Notes: generated by a model from the letters alone, not told the origin. A stretch of 64,000 nucleotides of DNA from Candidatus Omnitrophota bacterium (GCA_030698625.1 JAUYMS010000027.1:39781-103780), one strand, 5' to 3'. Counted from the first letter of the stretch, positions 29,686-39,494 are shown. Numbers and translations are program-made.

Positions 29686-30910
29686 GAAGTTCCTAGCCGG
29701 GTATCTAGCCGCAGCATTACTATTGCCGGTTTGCGCGTTTGCCGAGGAAACGACCCAACCGCCGCTGGAAGTCAAACGGCCCTCTTTGAAAATTCAATTT
29801 TCCGGTTACGCCAAGAGCCAGAGTTTCTTTACGCAAACCAGCGGATTCTCTCCTGAGTTTGTCGACAACCCCGCACTCCTCGAACAGGACGAGAACAGCT
29901 TCAATGCTCTGCAGCGATTAAGACTAAAAATTAAAGCGTTGTATAAAATCTCCGATGAGACACGCGTGAGCGCTAACATCCATTATGACCACCAGGCCAA
30001 TTTCGGCACTTTCATTTCAACCGGAGACGCGCGTATCTCGAGAAAACAGGCGGAGGACCGTCAATTTCTTGACTTGAGTCAGACATTGATCGAGAACGAC
30101 GACACTGACTACCAGCATCGGTTGTACCGAGCCAGCGTTTTGCTTGAAACGCGTTATGCCGACGTAGAGATCGGCCGCCAGCAAATCCCTTGGGGAGTCG
30201 GTCACTTCTTCACGCCGACGGATGTCTTTAATTCCTTCAACCCCACACAAATCGAGCTCGAAGAGCGTGACGGCGTGGATGCCCTGCGCCTTAGATCACC
30301 GGCCATTCGAGGCGTTCAGGGCGAGTTTATTTATACGCCTCAGGGACGCCAGCTTCACCCGAGCCGTTTCATGGGCCGCCTATCGGGCGATTTTCGTGGT
30401 TATGAGATCGGAATTCTTGGCGGGCATATCAAGCGAGATAATGCAGTCGGTTTTGACTTCGCCGGTAATATCGGAGATTCATCGGTGCGCGGGGAACTTC
30501 TTTTCAGAAACGCCGACACTGAAAAGGATTATTTGAAATTTACGGTAAACGCTGACTACAATTTCCCTTTCAATCTCTACGGCCTTATCGAATACCACTT
30601 CAACGGCCAGGGACGTCGCGATACAGCTTCTTATCAACTTGATCGGCTCGTCCGCGGGGATATTCGTGAATTGGGCCGCAATTACGGAGCCGTCATGCTC
30701 GGGTATGATGTCACAGCACTGATTCGTTTGGAGAATAGGCTCATCATGAATTTAGATGACGCGAGCCTTTTTCTAAGACCGGAGGTCCAGTACGAGCTCA
30801 GTTCGGATTTGTTGTTTACCCTCGCGAGTCAGTTATTCCTGGGCTCCAACACCGACGAGTACGGAAGGCCGAAGAATCTCTTCTTCGGAGAGTTGACCTA
30901 CTCCTTCTAA
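29660..30910 (+). CDS. Outer-membrane beta-barrel protein
   Basis: Signal peptide. GRQQIPWG.G..F.PTD.F motif, amphipathic strands, C-terminal YSF. Confidence 0.75.
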   Translation: MKRHAFMLRKFLAGYLAAALLLPVCAFAEETTQPPLEVKRPSLKIQFSGYAKSQSFFTQTSGFSPEFVDNPALLEQDENSFNALQRLRLKIKALYKISDETRVSANIHYDHQANFGTFISTGDARISRKQAEDRQFLDLSQTLIENDDTDYQHRLYRASVLLETRYADVEIGRQQIPWGVGHFFTPTDVFNSFNPTQIELEERDGVDALRLRSPAIRGVQGEFIYTPQGRQLHPSRFMGRLSGDFRGYEIGILGGHIKRDNAVGFDFAGNIGDSSVRGELLFRNADTEKDYLKFTVNADYNFPFNLYGLIEYHFNGQGRRDTASYQLDRLVRGDIRELGRNYGAVMLGYDVTALIRLENRLIMNLDDASLFLRPEVQYELSSDLLFTLASQLFLGSNTDEYGRPKNLFFGELTYSF

Positions 30911-32248
30911 AGCATATCGAATGAGATCTGCCATCGGGCGTTTTGCCGGGCATACATAACTACAGTTTCCGCAACCGATACAAGCTGAAATTCCCCAATC
31001 GGAAGCCATTTCAAAAAGGTCCGCCTCTGCCGCTTGTGTGATCATAACCGGCGATATCTCCACCGGGCAGGCACTGACGCAATCCCCGCAATGAATGCAG
31101 GCATGCACTTCTTCCGGCTTTGTCACTTCATGAGGCAGCGCAAGAATGGCCTCGGTTTGCGCTATGACGCAGGCATCCCAGTCTCGCTGAGCAATGCCTT
31201 TCATTGGGCCGCCCATGAGAATCTTCTCCGGCCCCCGCATCAGCCCACGGCAACTCTTCACGGCATCCTGAAAAGAAATACCAAAGGGCAACCAAATGTT
31301 ACGGGGTTCAATGATGCATTCTCCGGCCACCGTAACCACCCTTTCATATAAGGGTTTGTGGTACCGTACAGCTTCATAGACCGAAAACAGAGTGGCCGTA
31401 TCTTCAATCGCTATGCCCGCTTGATGAGCGAGCTCAAGATAACCGTCTCGCGCGCTCTCGGCGAATCTCAGTTGCATGAGCGCGCCGGCATTCCGAATTA
31501 AATCGATTCCAAGTACGTCGCGAATGAGCGGGAGGGTTTCCGACTGCGGATACCTTTCGGATAATAACGTGACTTTGAAGTGCTTCCACTTGAGGAAGAA
31601 GATCTTGCTCCGCAGGAGTTCCGCGATTTCGGACTTGCTCGCATCAAGAGCAATCACGACCCGCTCCGCCCCTATGAGGCTTCGCATGCTTTCGGCGCCG
31701 CGGAGGATCTCGACAGGATGCGACATCAGGAGTGCGTGGGCCGAAGTAACGTAGGGGTCGGTTTCGCATCCGTTGACAATCAGTGTCCGGAGTTCGCCTT
31801 GCGAAATGGGCTCGTACTTTGCATGCAGCGGATTTCCTGCTTCCATGCTCATCAAACCGCTCTCGCGAAAGATCGCAAATAAATTACTGCGGCTCAGGAG
31901 CTCCCAACCTTCCCTTTCCGAATTGACCTCCGGTGACCACCCGAAGGTTTCATCACCGCTAATCTCGACGGCAAGACCCGTGCCCCCCTTTGAATCGGGA
32001 AATCGATCAATCCGAGTGACCTCCCCGGGCATGCTGGCGTGGGACGGAACAGCATCGGCATCGACGGGCATCGCGACCACTTGGCCGGCTATCACAACAG
32101 TGCCCACTTCGACACAGACTTCCTGCCGGTAAGGCTCGCGCTCCCGGATGAGAATACGCACTTTCGCAGGACGGGTCCTGCTGCGCTTGATAGCCCAAGA
32201 GACCAAGCTTGACTCTTTCTTCGACTCAAGCGCGAGCCCGCCGATCAT
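30833..32248 (-). CDS. Divergent RnfC-like Fe-S protein
   Basis: HASMPGEV, LIVNGCETDPY, PLYERVVTVAG, MGGPMKG, CIHCGDCVSACP and CIGCGNCSYVCP. The Gly-rich GLGGAGFP motif is replaced by SMEAGNP. Confidence 0.85.
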   Translation of the reverse strand: MIGGLALESKKESSLVSWAIKRSRTRPAKVRILIREREPYRQEVCVEVGTVVIAGQVVAMPVDADAVPSHASMPGEVTRIDRFPDSKGGTGLAVEISGDETFGWSPEVNSEREGWELLSRSNLFAIFRESGLMSMEAGNPLHAKYEPISQGELRTLIVNGCETDPYVTSAHALLMSHPVEILRGAESMRSLIGAERVVIALDASKSEIAELLRSKIFFLKWKHFKVTLLSERYPQSETLPLIRDVLGIDLIRNAGALMQLRFAESARDGYLELAHQAGIAIEDTATLFSVYEAVRYHKPLYERVVTVAGECIIEPRNIWLPFGISFQDAVKSCRGLMRGPEKILMGGPMKGIAQRDWDACVIAQTEAILALPHEVTKPEEVHACIHCGDCVSACPVEISPVMITQAAEADLFEMASDWGISACIGCGNCSYVCPAKRPMADLIRYALEGVGQLSEEEILRPSVLVGVGAQE

Positions 32249-33060
32249 AAAGTATTCACTGCCTCGTTAAGTCGCCCCTGACGGTAACCTTCGGAATCCA
32301 TTTCCACTGCGGCGAAGCCGAGTTTTCGCAATGTAACGGAAATTCGCTCACGCAAATCGGCGTCATTCATCAGTCGCCCGAGTTCCGCCCCGCCCACTTC
32401 CACGCGGGCTATGGTTCCGCCGTGGCGAACACGTACAATGTGAAAGCCTTCGGCCTTTATCGCGTGCTCTGCTTCGTCAATCATCCGTAGCTTTTCAGCC
32501 GTCACAGACTCCCCGTAGGGAACACGGCTTGAGAGACAGGGGGCCGCCGGTTTATCCCAATTCGGAAGACCCAGGTCTTTGGCAATTGCCCGCACTCTCG
32601 CTTTATTGATACCGGCTTCACACAGCGGGCTGCGGACATTACGCTCACGCCCTGCTGCGATACCGGGACGCCAATCCCCGAGATCATCGGTATTCACACC
32701 GTTGGCAATTATTTTCAGACCCCATTGTTCCGCAAGAGGAAAGAGATGATCGTACAGCTCAGTCTTGCAGTAGTAACACCGGTTATGCGGATTGCGCGCG
32801 TAGTTTGCATTATCCAATTCCCGCGTCTCGACCCATTCATGCCTAAAACCGTGTTGGTGCACCATCTCGTCAATCCAGCCGGCCTCACGAACGGGCAAGG
32901 ACTCGCTTCTCGCCGTGACAGCCAACGCACGATCCCGGCCAAGTATATCGTAAGCCACTTTCATCACAACCGTCGAATCGACACCTCCCGAAAAAGCCAC
33001 GAGGACGCTGTCGTACGATGCGACTATCTGACGCAGCTTCAATAACACTGACCTATCCAA
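32245..33060 (-). CDS. larE: LarE-family ATP-dependent sulfur transferase
   Basis: AFSGGVDS, NRCYYCK, DDLGDWRPG, PCLSSRVPYG. TTG start overlapping the mnmA stop. Confidence 0.85.
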   Translation of the reverse strand: MDRSVLLKLRQIVASYDSVLVAFSGGVDSTVVMKVAYDILGRDRALAVTARSESLPVREAGWIDEMVHQHGFRHEWVETRELDNANYARNPHNRCYYCKTELYDHLFPLAEQWGLKIIANGVNTDDLGDWRPGIAAGRERNVRSPLCEAGINKARVRAIAKDLGLPNWDKPAAPCLSSRVPYGESVTAEKLRMIDEAEHAIKAEGFHIVRVRHGGTIARVEVGGAELGRLMNDADLRERISVTLRKLGFAAVEMDSEGYRQGRLNEAVNTL

Positions 33061-34147
33061 TCCAACCGCCCCCAATAACCTTCGTGTCGTCATAGAAAAC
33101 AGCCGCCTGCCCCGGGGTAATGGCATCTTGAGCGTCATCAAAATGAACTTCCACCGCACCGTCATCGCCGACCGTTAATGTCGCCAGCGCCTTTTGATGC
33201 TGCGAACGTATTTTGACATGCGCCCTTATCGGCGCATCTCCTTCCGGCGGCAAAAACCAATTCATGCGCCGCACCGTACAAGTGACATCAAAAACCTCTT
33301 CTTTGGTGCCTACGATCACTTCATTTTTCTTCGGATCAATTTCCACGACGTAAAGCCTTTCGCTGTGGGGAATTCCCAACCCTCGGCGTTGGCCGCGAGT
33401 GTAATGATAATGACCTTGATGTTCGCCGAGCACGCGGCCGTCGCGAGTTCGAATCTTTCCCACGTGAGAGCCGGCCTCAATTTTTTCCGCAGCCTGGTAT
33501 TCGCGATCCAGAAATGTCGCGTAGTCATTGCTGGGAATAAAACAGATCTCTTGCGAATCCGGCTTGTCCATGACGCACAGATTTAACTGCTTGGCCTTTT
33601 CACGAATTGCCGACTTGGTAAAATGTCCAAGGGGCAAAAAAAGATGGGCCAACACGTCGCGGTCCAGCGGGAACAGCACATACGATTGATCCTTGGCGGC
33701 ATCAATACCCTCCGCAATGTAAAAACTATCTGGAGAGTTTCCGTGGTGAAGTTGCGCGTAATGGCCCGTTGCGATCGCCTCATAACCCAGCTGGCGGGCC
33801 CGCTTCAGAAAAAGGCGAAACTTCACATGCTCATTGCAGGCAATACAAGGATTAGGGGTACGGCCCCGCTCATACTCCGAGGCAAAATAATCCACCACGA
33901 ATTTCTTGAAAGGCTTTTCGAAATTGAAAACCCAGTAAGGAATATCCAGGTTCTCTGCTACGCTGCGTGCATCCTCCACACCCGTAAGCCCGCAACAGGC
34001 ACGCGTATTGAGGTCCTCACAACTGTTCGAGGCCCAGGTGCGAATAGTAGCCCCCGCCACGTCATGCCCCTGCTCCTTCAGGATTGCCGCAGCGACAGAA
34101 CTATCCACCCCGCCGCTCATGGCGACGAGTATTCGTTTTTTTTCCAT
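33053..34147 (-). CDS. mnmA: tRNA 2-thiouridylase
   Basis: AMSGGVDSS, TPNPCIACN, ATGHYA, KDQSY, DSQEICF, TPGQAAV. Confidence 0.97.
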   Translation of the reverse strand: MEKKRILVAMSGGVDSSVAAAILKEQGHDVAGATIRTWASNSCEDLNTRACCGLTGVEDARSVAENLDIPYWVFNFEKPFKKFVVDYFASEYERGRTPNPCIACNEHVKFRLFLKRARQLGYEAIATGHYAQLHHGNSPDSFYIAEGIDAAKDQSYVLFPLDRDVLAHLFLPLGHFTKSAIREKAKQLNLCVMDKPDSQEICFIPSNDYATFLDREYQAAEKIEAGSHVGKIRTRDGRVLGEHQGHYHYTRGQRRGLGIPHSERLYVVEIDPKKNEVIVGTKEEVFDVTCTVRRMNWFLPPEGDAPIRAHVKIRSQHQKALATLTVGDDGAVEVHFDDAQDAITPGQAAVFYDDTKVIGGGWIG

Positions 34148-34160
34148 TTTAGTATCCTAA

Positions 34161-34898
34161 TTAAACCGGCAGGCTTGGAACGGAATAAATCTGGTCAACT
34201 TGTATCCGTTCTTGAAAAATTTCCTTCAACCGTCCATACCTGCATGTATCCACGTCGAGGTCATCCATTTCAGGCAGGGATCCGAGAACAGGTACACCGG
34301 AGAGCTCGTGAATGACTTTTGGGTTGGTGATTTCAGCCAATGAGACATTCGTTTTGGCCATACGATTGAAAATTACACCGCGCACTTCAAAACCGCGGAT
34401 CACTGCAGCATCGATTGTCAAAAGCGTGTGGTTGATCGCTCCGAGCCCCCCTTTTGAAACAATGAGAAGGGGAAGCTGAAATTCACGGACTAAGTTCGCG
34501 ACAAAATAGTCTTTGGAAAACGGCACGAGTAAGCCGCCGATCCCTTCCACAATGATAAAATCGTAGTTTTTCTGCAATTCTCCGAACGATCTTCGAATCT
34601 GCGGCAGGTCGACCTCGCGCTTCTCCAAAACCGCGGCAACGCTTGGGGCGAGGGCGTGACGGTATCGCACAGGACTGGTTAAAGGCGGGTACTCATTCTC
34701 GGCCGCCTCTAAGAGATAGGCGCTATCATGACAGATCAGACGTTTGCCAAATTCCATACAGCCCGTTCCTACGGGCTTCATGACACCCACCTTCATCCCC
34801 CGGGATTTCAATGCCATGGCCAAACCGGCAGCCACGACGGTTTTTCCGACTCCTGTATCGGTTCCAGTAATAAAAATTCCCGGCTTATACGCAGGCAT
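34161..34898 (-). CDS. bioD: Dethiobiotin synthetase
   Basis: FITGTDTGVGKT, KPV.TG, VEGIGGLLVP, LGAINHTLLT. Confidence 0.96.
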   Translation of the reverse strand: MPAYKPGIFITGTDTGVGKTVVAAGLAMALKSRGMKVGVMKPVGTGCMEFGKRLICHDSAYLLEAAENEYPPLTSPVRYRHALAPSVAAVLEKREVDLPQIRRSFGELQKNYDFIIVEGIGGLLVPFSKDYFVANLVREFQLPLLIVSKGGLGAINHTLLTIDAAVIRGFEVRGVIFNRMAKTNVSLAEITNPKVIHELSGVPVLGSLPEMDDLDVDTCRYGRLKEIFQERIQVDQIYSVPSLPV

Positions 34899-36273
34899 AC
34901 GCCCCGCCTTTCTCTTTAACCGTCGCCTCGATAATCGACGCATAGGTTATGTCCAACAAATCGCCTAACTCATCTATCGTCATTGCAAGCGGGGGCATTA
35001 ACACCACAACTGCGCCCAACGGCCGAATAATTGCCCCCTTTTCACGGGCTTTGAGAATCACCTGATGGCCGATCTGCTCTTCAGCAGCAAACGGGGCCTT
35101 TGCCGCCTTGTTGCGAACGAGTTCAATCCCCACCATAAATCCTGCCTGCCGCACATCCCCCACCGTCTCAAGCACGGAGAAATTTTTGAGTCTTTCGGTC
35201 AGAAATCGAATCTTCGGTTGCAATGCCTCAAGAACGCGGTTCTTTTCAAACAGTGCCAGATTCGCTAGTGCCACACGGCAAGCAAGCGGATTGGCTGTGT
35301 ATGTATGGCCGTGAAAGAACGTCTTGTACTCCCCATACTCGCCCAGGAAAGCCTCGTACACCGCTTCGGTGGCAAGAGTTGCTGCCAGAGGCATATAGCC
35401 CCCGGTAATCCCCTTGGCAAGCGCCATCAAGTCAGGGGTAATACCTTCGTGTTCACTCGCAAACATCGCACCCGTTCGTCCAAAACCCGTGGCGACTTCG
35501 TCAAAAATCAAAAGCACATTGTATTTGCGCGCCAAGTCTCGGGCTCCTGAGAGATATCCGGCGGGCTGATCAATCATACCTCCGGCCCCCTGAATAACAG
35601 GTTCCATGATGAGGGCGGCAATCTCTTCGTGATGGGCGCCGAGCACCTCTTCCATCTTCACAAGCGCTTCTCTGCGTACCTGCTCCGGATCATCGCCGGT
35701 CGGCCAGCGGTAGCGGTAAGGTGTCGGCACCGTATAGGTTTTAAATAATAACGGATGAAAAATCTCGTGAAAGAGATCAATGCCGCCGACACTCACTGAT
35801 CCTAGAGTATCTCCGTGATAAGCCAACGACAACTTAGCAAATTTAGTTTTTGAAGGTTTCCCTTTATGCCGCCAATACTGGAGCGCCATCTTGACGGCCA
35901 CTTCCACTGCGGCAGAGCCGGAATCGGAATAGAAGACGCGAGAGAGTCCGGGAGGAGCTATCGAAATAAGTTTTTCGGCCAGCTCGATCGCCGGAACATT
36001 TGAAAGCCCGAGGAAAGTGGAGTGAGCAACCTGCCCAAGCTGATCCACTATGGCTTGATCCAGCTCCGGCACTTGATGTCCGTGCACGTTACACCAAAGC
36101 GAAGAGACGCCGTCGAGGTACTTCCGACCCCGCACATCTTCAAGATAAACACCGCGAGCCCGCTCAATGACGAGCATCTCATCACGGGCCCAGTCTCTCA
36201 TTTGTGTAAACGGATGCCAAAGGTAGCGCTTATCTTTCGCCTGTAAGGATTCGAATCTCGACTGTGCTTGCAT
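34885..36273 (-). CDS. bioA: 7,8-diaminopelargonate aminotransferase
   Basis: LWHPFTQM, SSLWCNVHG, DSGSAAVEVA, DEVATGFGRTG, HGHTY. Confidence 0.96.
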   Translation of the reverse strand: MQAQSRFESLQAKDKRYLWHPFTQMRDWARDEMLVIERARGVYLEDVRGRKYLDGVSSLWCNVHGHQVPELDQAIVDQLGQVAHSTFLGLSNVPAIELAEKLISIAPPGLSRVFYSDSGSAAVEVAVKMALQYWRHKGKPSKTKFAKLSLAYHGDTLGSVSVGGIDLFHEIFHPLLFKTYTVPTPYRYRWPTGDDPEQVRREALVKMEEVLGAHHEEIAALIMEPVIQGAGGMIDQPAGYLSGARDLARKYNVLLIFDEVATGFGRTGAMFASEHEGITPDLMALAKGITGGYMPLAATLATEAVYEAFLGEYGEYKTFFHGHTYTANPLACRVALANLALFEKNRVLEALQPKIRFLTERLKNFSVLETVGDVRQAGFMVGIELVRNKAAKAPFAAEEQIGHQVILKAREKGAIIRPLGAVVVLMPPLAMTIDELGDLLDITYASIIEATVKEKGGAYACV

Positions 36274-36293
36274 GGGAGGAATAGGCTTCCGGT

Positions 36294-37070
36294 TTAAAAA
36301 CTAACGACAACTTGATTATCATCTTCCCCGATGAGACAACGGAGACGGTTCTTGCCTTCGCGCTTTGCCTGATAAAGCGCCAGGTCTGCTCTCACGAGAA
36401 ATTCCGTCATGGTCTCTCCGAGACGGTAGCTGGTCAGGCCCGCGCTAAAAGTCGTATCGAGCCATTCTTGGACATTGATTTGAATTCGCGCCAAAAATTT
36501 TTCGGAGTTCACCAGATTTGTATGCGGGAGTAGAATGCAAAATTCGTCACCCCCATAGCGCCCCAGGGAATCGCTGGAACGGATTGCTTTTAGAATATGC
36601 TGAGAAAACTTCTTTAACAGTTCGTCTCCGCGAGGATGCCCGTAAGTGTCATTGAATGATTTAAAGTTATCGAGATCAATTAAACAAATGCTAAGAGGAA
36701 ATTTATACCGCCCTGCCCGCCGCATTTCCTCATCCAGAGTCTCTTCGAATGCAGAGCGATTAAAAGCCTGCGTCAATCCATCGTACATAGACTGAATTTC
36801 CAAACGCCGCCACCGGCCTTTCAATCGATTGAAGACAATCTGCTGTGCAACTTGAAAGACGGCGAAAGCCACAAGCAAGCTGAGCAAAACGTAAGGCACC
36901 CAATCTTGGCGTATAAGGGGTTTGCCGGCCGGAAGCAGAAGGTAGAGCAATCCCGCGAGGGCCGCAAAGGTGAACACAGCCGAGCATTTCTGAATAAAGC
37001 TCTGAGAGTCAAAAAGCCCGGCTATTTCTGCGGTAGCTCGGGTTGCTCGCCTTGGCTGCGTTTTTGTCAT
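36294..37070 (-). CDS. Membrane-anchored diguanylate cyclase (GGDEF)
   Basis: Two TM helices. DGLTQAFNR, DLDNFKSFNDTYGH, RSSD I-site, RYGGDEF. Confidence 0.92.
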   Translation of the reverse strand: MTKTQPRRATRATAEIAGLFDSQSFIQKCSAVFTFAALAGLLYLLLPAGKPLIRQDWVPYVLLSLLVAFAVFQVAQQIVFNRLKGRWRRLEIQSMYDGLTQAFNRSAFEETLDEEMRRAGRYKFPLSICLIDLDNFKSFNDTYGHPRGDELLKKFSQHILKAIRSSDSLGRYGGDEFCILLPHTNLVNSEKFLARIQINVQEWLDTTFSAGLTSYRLGETMTEFLVRADLALYQAKREGKNRLRCLIGEDDNQVVVSF

Positions 37071-38275
37071 TGGACAGTTTCCTCCACAAATGGATTTAAC
37101 GGGTCTATTTTATCAGAAAAGAAGTGCTTTTTAACCCTAAACAACGCTTTAATAACATATTCAATATCCCGGTCTTGATGCGCTGCACTTACCGTAAGTC
37201 TAAGTCTGGCCTTGCCTTTCGGCACTGTCGGATAGCGCACAGCCGGTACAAGAATCCCCTCTCGAAGCAGGGCCTCAGCCAACGCTAAGGCCGATTCCTC
37301 TCCTCCGACGACGATTGGGATGATCGGGGAGCTTGCCGGCGCAAGGGAATATCCCGCCTTCTTCAGCCCCGCATGAACCTTGTGAATGTTCTTCCAGAGC
37401 CTCATGCGAATTTCCGGTTCCTGGTCTACAAGCTCCAATGCTCGAGAAGCTGCAGCACACAATAACGGCGGCAATGAGGTATCGAAGATGAACGGCCGAG
37501 AGAAGTTGATGAGATAATCGATCATGGCTGCTGAACCCGCGGCAAATCCACCCAGACAACCGATAGATTTAGAAAGAGTTCCCATGGTGACATCAATGCG
37601 GGATGTCAGATTACTGTCTTCAGCGGCTCCCCGTCCTCGTGATCCAAGCACCCCAATGCCGTGAGCATCATCAATCACCAGAAGACCGTCATGTTTGCCT
37701 TTGAGGCGAACCAATTCCTCCAAATCAGCAACATCCCCATCCATGCTAAAAACGCTGTCGGAAACAAGGATCGTCCGCGCCCCTTTATTGCGCTGGAGGA
37801 TTTCGTCGCAGCGGCGATAATTCTTGTGCGGAAAAACTCGCACCGTCGCTTGTGACAGCCTCGCGGCATCAATGGCTGAAGCGTGGCACAATTTATCCAT
37901 GACGATGACGTCGCCCTTACCCGCTAGCGCCGTCAAGATTCCCAGATTCGCTAAATAGCCCGAAGAATAAAGCAGTGCTGCGGCCGTGCCTTTGAAACGA
38001 GCTATTTCCTCCTCCAAACGCGCGTGCCAGTCGGTCGATCCGGAAATTAGGCGCGCGGCGCCTGAGCCGACACCATGCGTTTGGGCGGTTGTGACGGCCG
38101 CGTCAATAACGCGCGGATCGCGAGACAAGCCGAGATAATCGTTACCGCAAAATAAGAGAACCTCGCGGCCCTCAAATACGGCACGAACGCCGTCGATTTT
38201 CTTTAGCGTTTTTAAACGCCGGTAGAGGTGAGTGTCTTTCAGTTCAGAAATTTCTTTTTCCAAGAAAGTGTTCAT
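37067..38275 (-). CDS. bioF: 8-amino-7-oxononanoate synthase
   Basis: NDYLGL, SGYLAN, VFSMDGD, DDAHG, GTLSK. Confidence 0.95.
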   Translation of the reverse strand: MNTFLEKEISELKDTHLYRRLKTLKKIDGVRAVFEGREVLLFCGNDYLGLSRDPRVIDAAVTTAQTHGVGSGAARLISGSTDWHARLEEEIARFKGTAAALLYSSGYLANLGILTALAGKGDVIVMDKLCHASAIDAARLSQATVRVFPHKNYRRCDEILQRNKGARTILVSDSVFSMDGDVADLEELVRLKGKHDGLLVIDDAHGIGVLGSRGRGAAEDSNLTSRIDVTMGTLSKSIGCLGGFAAGSAAMIDYLINFSRPFIFDTSLPPLLCAAASRALELVDQEPEIRMRLWKNIHKVHAGLKKAGYSLAPASSPIIPIVVGGEESALALAEALLREGILVPAVRYPTVPKGKARLRLTVSAAHQDRDIEYVIKALFRVKKHFFSDKIDPLNPFVEETVQ

Positions 38276-38285
38276 TGCTATTGGC

Positions 38286-39494
38286 CTAAACCTTTTGCAG
38301 CACGACGGCCGCAACATGTCCCCCAAATCCCATGGAATAAGAAAGTACCGTATTCACTTCGGCTGCTCGCGCCGACCCGCCCGTGTAATCAAGATCGCAT
38401 TCGGGATCCGCTTTTTCGAGACCCACGGTTTGCGGAATAAAACCCTCTTCCATGGCCAGAAGCGACGCGACTATTTCCACTGCCCCGGATGCACCTAGCA
38501 TATGCCCAGTCATTGCTTTTATCGAGCTCATCGGAATCTCATACGCCTTTGCCCCGAACGCGTCCTTGAGTTGATTCGTTTCATAGACATCGCCCGCCCG
38601 GGTTGCTGTACCATGCAAACTGATATAATCCACGTCATCCCTTTTGAGTTCGGCCGTTCCCAGTGCCCGTTGAATTGTCCGGGATAAAGTCTTCCCCTTG
38701 GGATCAAACTTCACGGGATGATGCGAATCCGACCCGTAAGCCGACGCCAAGAGTTCACCATAGATCGTCGCTTTTCTCGCACGCGCCGTCTCAGGCGTTT
38801 CTAAAAAGACAATTCCTGCGCCTTCTCCGACCATAAAACCGTCCCGCTGCCTGTCGAAAGGACGCATGCGCTCTTTGGCCAAAGCACCCATCTTGTAATA
38901 ACCGGCAAGCATAAGAGGGACAATGGAGGCGTCACTTGCCCCCGCAATACAATAATCAACAACTCCACTAGCCACCATCCGTGCCCCCTCAATGACGCTG
39001 ATCGTTCCGGTCGCACACGCTCCCACGTAGCACTTCGCGGGGCCTTTGATCTTCCACCGCCGCGCGATCCATTGCGCCCCGAAGTTTGGCACCGAGTTCG
39101 TGTAAACACGCGCACCTAAAATTGCGCTCGGATTCCTCTGGAGTCTTTCTTTGAAGCGATCGATTGTCGATACGCCTCCCTTGCTCGAACTTACGGAGAT
39201 ACCAATTCGAAACGCGTCTACCTGGTCAGAATCAAAATAGGCATTCCTCATGGCCTCGCTCGCCGCCGCGACGGCATACTGGATAAAGGGATCCAGGACG
39301 TACGTGCCGTGCTCACGGGCATCAAAGTTCTTAACCTCAAAGGCGGTCTTGACCGGGAAAGAACCGGCATCAAATCTCGTGATAGGGGCGGCTCCGCAGA
39401 CGCCGTTACGCAGGGATTCGCGAAAAGCGGTAACGCCTACCCCTATGGGAGAAACCACGCCCATTCCGGAAATAACCACACGACGATTCATCAT
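38286..39494 (-). CDS. FabF-like beta-ketoacyl synthase inside the biotin operon
   Basis: ACATG, HGTAT and GHMLGASG (Cys-His-His triad), SMGFGG. Confidence 0.88.
   Translation of the reverse strand: MMNRRVVISGMGVVSPIGVGVTAFRESLRNGVCGAAPITRFDAGSFPVKTAFEVKNFDAREHGTYVLDPFIQYAVAAASEAMRNAYFDSDQVDAFRIGISVSSSKGGVSTIDRFKERLQRNPSAILGARVYTNSVPNFGAQWIARRWKIKGPAKCYVGACATGTISVIEGARMVASGVVDYCIAGASDASIVPLMLAGYYKMGALAKERMRPFDRQRDGFMVGEGAGIVFLETPETARARKATIYGELLASAYGSDSHHPVKFDPKGKTLSRTIQRALGTAELKRDDVDYISLHGTATRAGDVYETNQLKDAFGAKAYEIPMSSIKAMTGHMLGASGAVEIVASLLAMEEGFIPQTVGLEKADPECDLDYTGGSARAAEVNTVLSYSMGFGGHVAAVVLQKV

Noticed and set aside
23500-30910. Island as an IS, integron or prophage
   Set aside because: No transposase, integrase, terminal inverted repeats or attC-like sites seen.
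21528-32248. Canonical functional Rnf/Nqr ion pump
   Set aside because: The FMN, NADH and membrane Cys motifs, the RnfG domain and rnfB are missing, so no rnf gene symbols were assigned.
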